From Ignavibacteria bacterium (GTDB lineage: Bacteria; Bacteroidota; Ignavibacteria; Kapaibacteriales; Kapaibacteriaceae), in NCBI GenBank assembly GCA_015709655.1, contig CP054181.1, positions 1,172,207 through 1,236,206 on the forward strand: 64,000 nucleotides of DNA, in the 5' to 3' direction. Below, one piece after another: positions 58,947 to 64,000 of the stretch. The stretch's first letter is position 1; each line of letters starts with the position of its first letter. The notes below the pieces were generated by a model. It was not told where the DNA came from, searched no databases, and worked only from the letters and a program-made list of their open reading frames with translations. The translations under genes and the position numbers were made by a program.

Positions 58947-59465
58947 GTGATAGCCCCTTCAGCAGTTGGAATTGTACTGGCAAAATCGTACAGCCACTCA
59001 GCCTATCGCCATATCAAGGGCGTGTGTGTGTTCATTGCAGTCATTGTTATTGCCGGCTGTTCGTCCACACGAACTGTAACCTGGCACGGCAGCCCGAACG
59101 TTAATACAGTTTTACAGCGAGCCGTTGACTTACGCGGGACGTCGTACTGTTCCGGCGGTGACGATCCTGATTGTTTTGACTGTAGCGGCTTTGTCAACTT
59201 TTGCTTTGCTGCTGCCAACATTCACATTCCGCGGACCACTACTGAACTGTATGCTCTTGGACGCTTTGTAGAACGCAATGATCTGGAAGCTGGTGACCTT
59301 GTGTTCTTTAGAACTGTCTCGAAAGGTGCAAGCCATGTTGGCATTTATGTTAACGATAACACCTTTATACATAGCTCGACTTCAAAGGGTGTTATTATCT
59401 CAAGTCTAAACGATTCATACTGGGGCCCGCGCTACCTGGGTGCCAGAAGAGTGGTTATGGAGTAG
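58947..59465 (+). CDS. NlpC/P60 (C40) family cell-wall peptidase lipoprotein
   Basis: Catalytic Cys in DCSGFVNFCF, His in ASHVGIYV and the downstream His/Asp. Lipoprotein signal IVIAGCSS. Confidence 0.8.
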   Translation: MIAPSAVGIVLAKSYSHSAYRHIKGVCVFIAVIVIAGCSSTRTVTWHGSPNVNTVLQRAVDLRGTSYCSGGDDPDCFDCSGFVNFCFAAANIHIPRTTTELYALGRFVERNDLEAGDLVFFRTVSKGASHVGIYVNDNTFIHSSTSKGVIISSLNDSYWGPRYLGARRVVME

Positions 59466-59802
59466 TCTGCGCTACTTTAAATCGTTTATAACTTTTTGTA
59501 ACGATTACAACACCGAACGGCAGTAGCAGAAATATCATCGGATTGCTGTAGAAAGCTTCAGTCGGATTAAGCTTTAAAAGGGCAATAAAAGCAGACGTTA
59601 ATCCACAGCCTGGGCAACTGAAACCAAACACCGACTTCCACAAACATGGGATACAGAGGTCAATACCGGTTGCAGCCATCAAAACCGAAGAAGCCACGAT
59701 GTAGCCGCCAACAAGCCAGTATAGTTTGTTCTCAGCAATGCTGGAACGTATGAATTTCAGTACCATGTTCCGGTGCTCTGAGTCTGTTATGGATGTTGCC
59801 AT
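59455..59802 (-). CDS. DUF2752-family small membrane protein
   Basis: CPGCGLTSAF CxxC motif flanked by TM helices. 115 aa. Confidence 0.55.
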   Translation of the reverse strand: MATSITDSEHRNMVLKFIRSSIAENKLYWLVGGYIVASSVLMAATGIDLCIPCLWKSVFGFSCPGCGLTSAFIALLKLNPTEAFYSNPMIFLLLPFGVVIVTKSYKRFKVAQTTP

Positions 59803-60010
59803 ACAACAACAAAAGTAGCATCAATCCAGATACAGAGCGGTAACCAAACCAGAAAAGGTGTACGCAATAAATAAGACCCCCTGACGCATCGGTACGGTGA
59901 GTTGTGGTCTTCGGACGATGCAGGTGCAGGGGGCCTTGGAATGTAGGGATAGATCCTAATCTACAGGCTTAGCGTATGCTGGTATTCATTACGTTTTCAG
60001 TAGCGGTTTG

Positions 60011-60445
60011 CTAATTGCAACCAGCGATTCCTTCGAGATACACTCGTGAAAACACCTCGGCACTAGCGCCGGAGCTGTATTTCGTTTTAAATGTTTCAGT
60101 AAGCTTTGTCACTTCCTGGGCAAGCTTTAGTGATTCTTGAAGCACCGACATATCAGTTTGAGCTTTCTTGGCAAGGTTTGCTGACCTGCAGTACAGCTCG
60201 GCTAAGCGCTTGGCATCGGCTTCTGCTGAACCTGTATCTTCGGATGGCTGACTTTCTCCGGCAGACGCACTCGCTGTTGCATCAGCGGTTGCACCAGATG
60301 CTGCTTCATCGCCGCCTGTTGTTGGTGTATTCTGTGTTGCAGTTTCCATCACCTTCTCCGCTGCGTCATTCTCAGACGAGCCACATCCGGTTGATACTAA
60401 GCCAATAAGCACAAATGCAAAAAGAGGTACAAATATTTTTTTCAT
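60011..60445 (-). CDS. small low-complexity lipoprotein (hypothetical)
   Basis: Lipobox LVSTGC after MKKIFVPLFAFVLIG. Ala/Ser/Glu-rich N-terminal region, then a helical C-terminal half. Confidence 0.45.
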   Translation of the reverse strand: MKKIFVPLFAFVLIGLVSTGCGSSENDAAEKVMETATQNTPTTGGDEAASGATADATASASAGESQPSEDTGSAEADAKRLAELYCRSANLAKKAQTDMSVLQESLKLAQEVTKLTETFKTKYSSGASAEVFSRVYLEGIAGCN

Positions 60446-60630
60446 GTCATTCCCCATTGAATGTTTAGTGAGTTAAAGTTCTGGCTTGTTTTGTATGAGC
60501 AAGTCCGATCCATCGCATATTCCTGGTCCATGAGAAGCGATGCTGAGAACGGAAATATCTGGTACATGTTCAGCTGGTTCTTGTTACACAGTATGCAATG
60601 GATAGATTCTCTTGGTTTACAACTCATGTA

Positions 60631-60963
60631 TTATTCGTTATCATCATCTTTAGGTTCTGCTTCTTCCCTACATTTCTTCTTTTCTGCACGATAGAAATCA
60701 GAGAATTCTTCTCCTTTACCGATTTTCTCATACTTATCCTTGTACATTCGACGTAATTCTTTTGCTCTGCGCCGCAGCTCTCTGCCCTCTTCCTTTGCTA
60801 CACGGTCTGGTGCGTTCTTGATCATCTCTCTTGCCTTGCACCGCATCTTAGCTACCTCTCTTGCATCAATTAGCACTGGATTATCGCTTGCGGAATCACC
60901 GCAAGCAGCCATGAACACTCCCACAAACAATACAATAATGATGTTCAAAATAATCTTGTACAC
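60631..60963 (-). CDS. small highly charged lipoprotein (hypothetical)
   Basis: Lipobox FMAACG. Lys/Glu/Arg-rich helical body. Confidence 0.45.
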   Translation of the reverse strand: MYKIILNIIIVLFVGVFMAACGDSASDNPVLIDAREVAKMRCKAREMIKNAPDRVAKEEGRELRRRAKELRRMYKDKYEKIGKGEEFSDFYRAEKKKCREEAEPKDDDNE

Positions 60964-61223
60964 GCAACCTCCTTATAAATTGGAATATTAGTTATGTGCT
61001 CTCATCACGGTACTGAATTAGCACGTTCGAATACGCAGCAACTGATTATGAATACTCATTTACCTCATGCTAAACGATACATCGCATCAATACTAGCAAT
61101 AAATAATAAGTGTATCAATGTGATAAAAGTAGTATGGCAAGACTCTTGTATGACATGTACCTGATATCAAATTAAATGCTGATTCCCCGGCTGTCGGTCA
61201 AGAGTACATCAGCCCTCCACGAA

Positions 61224-61385
61224 ACAACATAAATAACGATACGAATCATAGGTGCGACCCCACGTGGTCGCCCATCACCAAACATCATAAACAATATCAC
61301 GAACCCGTTGGAGAAGATGGCATCTGCCCACCACGGCACAACATAAATATCGATAATACCATAGGTGCGACCCGTGTGGTCGCCC
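61224..61385. repeat. pair of ~48-50-nt direct repeats (~85% identical, 114 nt apart), each ending in an imperfect palindrome GGTGCGACC-n-GGTCGCCC
   Basis: Copy A is 61224-61273 (acaacataaataacgatacgaatcataggtgcgaccccacgtggtcgccc). Copy B is 61338-61385 (acaacataaatatcgataataccataggtgcgacccgtgtggtcgccc). Confidence 0.7.
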
Positions 61386-61531
61386 TCTCCGCATGATCAC
61401 TCTGTACGAAACGCCAATAAATCATCATAATCAATTGGGGCGGGAACCAATCCCTGTCTATTGCTGACGCACGGCCGTGAACCCCGACGTTCTGACCATT
61501 AAAAGATTTAATAAATCTTATGATTCTGTCT

Positions 61532-61612
61532 CCCCCTCCCTAAAGTCCGAAGGAGTTTGGGGAGGGGGCCGGGGGTGGGGTTGGGGCCGGGGTGGGGGGG
61601 GGGGCGGGGTCA
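61532..61612. repeat. 9-bp perfect hairpin (CCCCCTCCC/GGGAGGGGG) followed by a ~55-nt G-run-rich tract including an 11-G homopolymer (potential G-quadruplex / slipped-strand tract)
   Basis: tCCCCCTCCCtaaagtccgaaggagtttGGGGAGGGGGccgggggtggggttggggccggggtgggggggggggcggggtc. More than eight runs of >=4 G. Homopolymer at 61594-61604. Confidence 0.7.
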
Positions 61613-61801
61613 CGCTATCCTATTATTCTCCCACTATACCTGAAAGCAATTGCTCCGGAATTCCTATGGATTTTTATGTAGGCTGCGCACCGTAGCCGAC
61701 CGGCCGAGCTGTAGTGGTAGGTGGTAATGCACGATGGTGGTGGAGGTGGGGGTGGGGCCCGAAGGGCCGTAGTCCGTCCGCTTTGAATGTTGGCGTGGTT
61801 T

Positions 61802-61901
61802 GGTCGTGTAGGGCACGATGGGTCTCGGTCGTGTAGGGCACGATGGGTCTCGGTCGTGTAGGGCACGATGTGCCTCCGTCCTGTTTTGTACGATGGGTCT
61901 C
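61802..61901. repeat. 25-bp tandem repeat array (GGTCGTGTAGGGCACGATGGGTCTC x 3, plus a degenerate fourth unit), ~90 nt upstream of the SulP transporter start
   Basis: Two perfect units, one unit with 3 substitutions, then cgtcctgttttgtACGATGGGTCTC sharing the 3' half. Confidence 0.75.
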
Positions 61902-61989
61902 GGCCGTGGCGAGCGCACAACAGCCATCCTAAGTTCATTCCCTTCGTTTATAAAGGCAGTATTTTTGTGCTATTTACATACGGCAGTTT

Positions 61990-63540
61990 ATGAAGCGGAC
62001 CATCAGATATTATCGGATAATGTGGCTTAGGTATGATTTAGCGGCAGGCCTGACTGTCTTCCTGGTTGCCCTTCCGCTGTGCCTGGGTATCGCTCTTGCT
62101 TCTGGGGCTCCACTGTACTCCGGACTGCTGTCAGGTGTGATTGGCGGACTCTTGGTGTCCGTGATCAGCGGATCACAACTCGCAGTCTCGGGGCCTGCTG
62201 CAGGCCTGACCACCGTTGTGGCTGCCTCCATTGTCTCACTCGGCGATTTTAGAGTCTTTCTGCTTGCCGTGATCGTAGCTGGCCTATTCCAGGTACTGCT
62301 TGGTATCCTAAAATTAGGTACTATTTCCAACTACTTCCCGTCGGCTGTTATCAAGGGGATGTTGGCCGCCATCGGTGTCATGCTCATCTCTAAACAGATA
62401 CCAATCGCCCTTGGTTACGATCAGCCTAATTTTTGGACCAGTGGGTTTCTTGAACTTTTTGACCTGCGAAACTTTGAACAAAACGCACACTACTTTAGTG
62501 ACCACATTTCGGTTGGCGTTATCATCATCAGCGTGCTATCGCTTGCTACTCTTTCTCTGTTCAATATACAGGCTATTCGAAAGCGCTTTATCGTTCCGTC
62601 GCCACTCCTGGTTGTGGTAATTGGTATCGTTATTAATCTGCTTGTGTTTGTACCTTCGTCAGGATTGGTCCTTAAACCAACTCAACTCGTACGTATCCCT
62701 GAAAATGTGCTTGCCAACATCTCGTTCCCTGATTTTTCAAAGCTGTTTTCTAATACCGGTATCCTCAAGGATGGTATTGTAATCGGATTGCTCGCTTCGC
62801 TCGAAACCTTGCTATGTATCGAAGCAACCGACAAGCTGGACAGGCGAAACCGTATTACTCCGATCAACCGCGAGCTTGTCGCTCAGGGCATTGGCAATAT
62901 TACCTGCGGTATGCTGGGAGCTATACCCATCACAGCAGTTGTGGTTCGTGGATCTGCAAATGTCGACGCCGGTGCACGCACCAGACTGTCTGCTTTTACC
63001 CATGGAGCCTACCTTCTGCTTGCCATTCTGCTGATCCCGTTTGTACTTAATCAAATTCCATACGCCTCGCTGTCCGCTATTCTAATACTAACAGGCTACA
63101 ACCTTGCAAAGCCAAAGTTGTTTATCAATATGTGGAGTCTGGGATTACGACAGTTTATTCCATTTATCGTGACTATTGTCGGAATTCTGGTCACTGACCT
63201 GCTTGTCGGCGTGTCTATCGGTTTACTGTTCTCGTTCTACTACATTGTCCAAAACAACTTCAAAGCCGAATACCGAATTAGCGAAACTGTTGATGATGGC
63301 ACCGATACCTACCTGATAAAACTCAATACGAACGTCACCTTCCTGAATAAGGTAAATCTTCGAAAATCGCTGGATCGTATTCCACCAGATAGCAGACTTA
63401 CCATTGATGGTACGCACTGCAATTTTATCGACTACGATATCCTTGAGATTATCAGCGAATACCATGGTAAAGCCGCCGACCGCCGCATTGAACTCACTGT
63501 AAAAGGGGTTCAGCGCGTTAATGTGACTGCTGTACACTAA
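61990..63540 (+). CDS. SulP-family inorganic anion (sulfate/bicarbonate) transporter with C-terminal STAS domain
   Basis: 516 aa, ~11 TM, SulP signature region, C-terminal STAS-like domain (YLIKLNTNVTFLNKVNLRKSLDRIP...). Confidence 0.8.
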   Translation: MKRTIRYYRIMWLRYDLAAGLTVFLVALPLCLGIALASGAPLYSGLLSGVIGGLLVSVISGSQLAVSGPAAGLTTVVAASIVSLGDFRVFLLAVIVAGLFQVLLGILKLGTISNYFPSAVIKGMLAAIGVMLISKQIPIALGYDQPNFWTSGFLELFDLRNFEQNAHYFSDHISVGVIIISVLSLATLSLFNIQAIRKRFIVPSPLLVVVIGIVINLLVFVPSSGLVLKPTQLVRIPENVLANISFPDFSKLFSNTGILKDGIVIGLLASLETLLCIEATDKLDRRNRITPINRELVAQGIGNITCGMLGAIPITAVVVRGSANVDAGARTRLSAFTHGAYLLLAILLIPFVLNQIPYASLSAILILTGYNLAKPKLFINMWSLGLRQFIPFIVTIVGILVTDLLVGVSIGLLFSFYYIVQNNFKAEYRISETVDDGTDTYLIKLNTNVTFLNKVNLRKSLDRIPPDSRLTIDGTHCNFIDYDILEIISEYHGKAADRRIELTVKGVQRVNVTAVH

Positions 63541-63837
63541 CCTACTGCCATACCACACGCCCCCGGTGGTAGGTAAACGAACACCTCACCGCCAGCTATC
63601 AAAATGTTAACACCTCAGCTTACATCATGCTGCAGTCAGTCAAAACGGCAGCCCGACAGCATGGCGCGTCATTTTGGCTGCCTCAGTGCACGGTATTCTG
63701 TCATTTTGACGCTTTTCTTGGTTTGGCACGCTTTTCCATGACCCTTAAGTGTCTCTAAAAACTAAATCTGAAGAACCGAACCATGAGAACCACATTTCAA
63801 AAATCATTTGTACCAACAACATATTTCAGGAGCCCCA

Positions 63838-64000
63838 TGATGAGTATCATAAAGGTTGATCCGTTCCGCACATTCGATTCACTTGCACGTCGTGTAAACG
63901 AAGCATTTGGCGATGTTCAACGCACCGGTATTACGTTCGAGATGGGTGATTTTACACCGCGGGTTGACGTTGCCGAATCTGAAACTTCACTCACGTTTCA
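63838..64000 (+). CDS. Hsp20/alpha-crystallin family small heat-shock protein (N-terminal part; runs off window)
   Basis: MMSIIKVDPFRTFDSLARRVNEAFGD...FTPRVDVAESE matches sHSP N-terminal region and the start of the alpha-crystallin domain. No stop before the window end. Confidence 0.6.

Noticed and set aside
61615-61938. Minus-strand ORFs of 107 and 87 aa (plus a 72-aa + ORF at 61477-61695) running through the G-rich tract and tandem repeats
   Set aside because: Their translations are dominated by poly-Pro/poly-Gly and repeat-derived sequence, an artefact of translating G/C runs and tandem repeats, with no start context. Treated as non-coding.
63541-63600. Imperfect hairpin (CCTAC...CCAC-n9-GTGG-TAGG) after the SulP gene as a terminator
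   Set aside because: It is not followed by a T-run, so it is not called as an intrinsic terminator.
63700-63760. Sigma-54 (-24/-12) promoter upstream of hsp20, prompted by a TGGCAC hexamer and the presence of rpoN
   Set aside because: The -12 GC element is not at the required spacing. TGGCAC-N5 is followed by TCCAT rather than TTGCW. Not supported.
1-64000. CRISPR arrays and cas genes
   Set aside because: No array of regularly spaced direct repeats with unique spacers was found. The only tandem and direct repeats (61224-61901) are irregular and lack spacer structure.

Overview
This window is a 64-kb chromosomal segment from a bacterium of the Fibrobacteres-Chlorobi-Bacteroidetes (FCB) group, with GC content roughly 50%. 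Three things point to that assignment: T9SS-type C-terminal sorting domains on two large secreted proteins, rpoN, and Bacteroidetes-style TAnnTTTG -7 promoter elements. Most of the window is ordinary housekeeping. The conserved genes are gcvT, rlpA, manC, an M1 aminopeptidase, crcB, an MscS channel, msrA, rpoN, nadC, adenine deaminase, nadK, pfkA, the complete phosphate operon (porin-pstSCAB-phoU), rfbA, nhaA, sanA, thrS, an OmpA/TolB-like protein, cyclophilins, polA, terC, an NlpC/P60 peptidase, a SulP transporter and a partial hsp20. There is also a TonB receptor/HTTM/imelysin/DUF4856 iron-type cluster flanked by two rhodaneses, and one tRNA-Met(CAT).

The non-routine content is as follows.
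- The first ~7.5 kb looks accessory. It holds the 5' part of a giant SpvB-domain (Tc-toxin/RHS-like) gene running off the window edge, an FG-GAP/T9SS protein, and an MmeI-family type IIL RM gene that stops just after its methyltransferase domain with no TRD, followed by ~860 bp of non-coding DNA.
- An IS200/RAYT-like HUH (Y1) protein at 16.4-16.9 kb whose expected catalytic Tyr appears to be Phe.
- An HTH-WCX regulator after rpoN that seems to lack the WYL sensor domain.
- A single ORF fusing undecaprenyl-diphosphatase (UppP/BacA) to a cyclophilin PPIase, next to a second standalone cyclophilin.
- A 1-kb non-coding, repeat-rich region upstream of the SulP transporter, containing paired palindrome-bearing direct repeats, a hairpin plus poly-G/G-quadruplex tract, and 25-bp tandem repeats.

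No CRISPR array was seen. No complete, recognisable defence operon was seen beyond the truncated RM gene.
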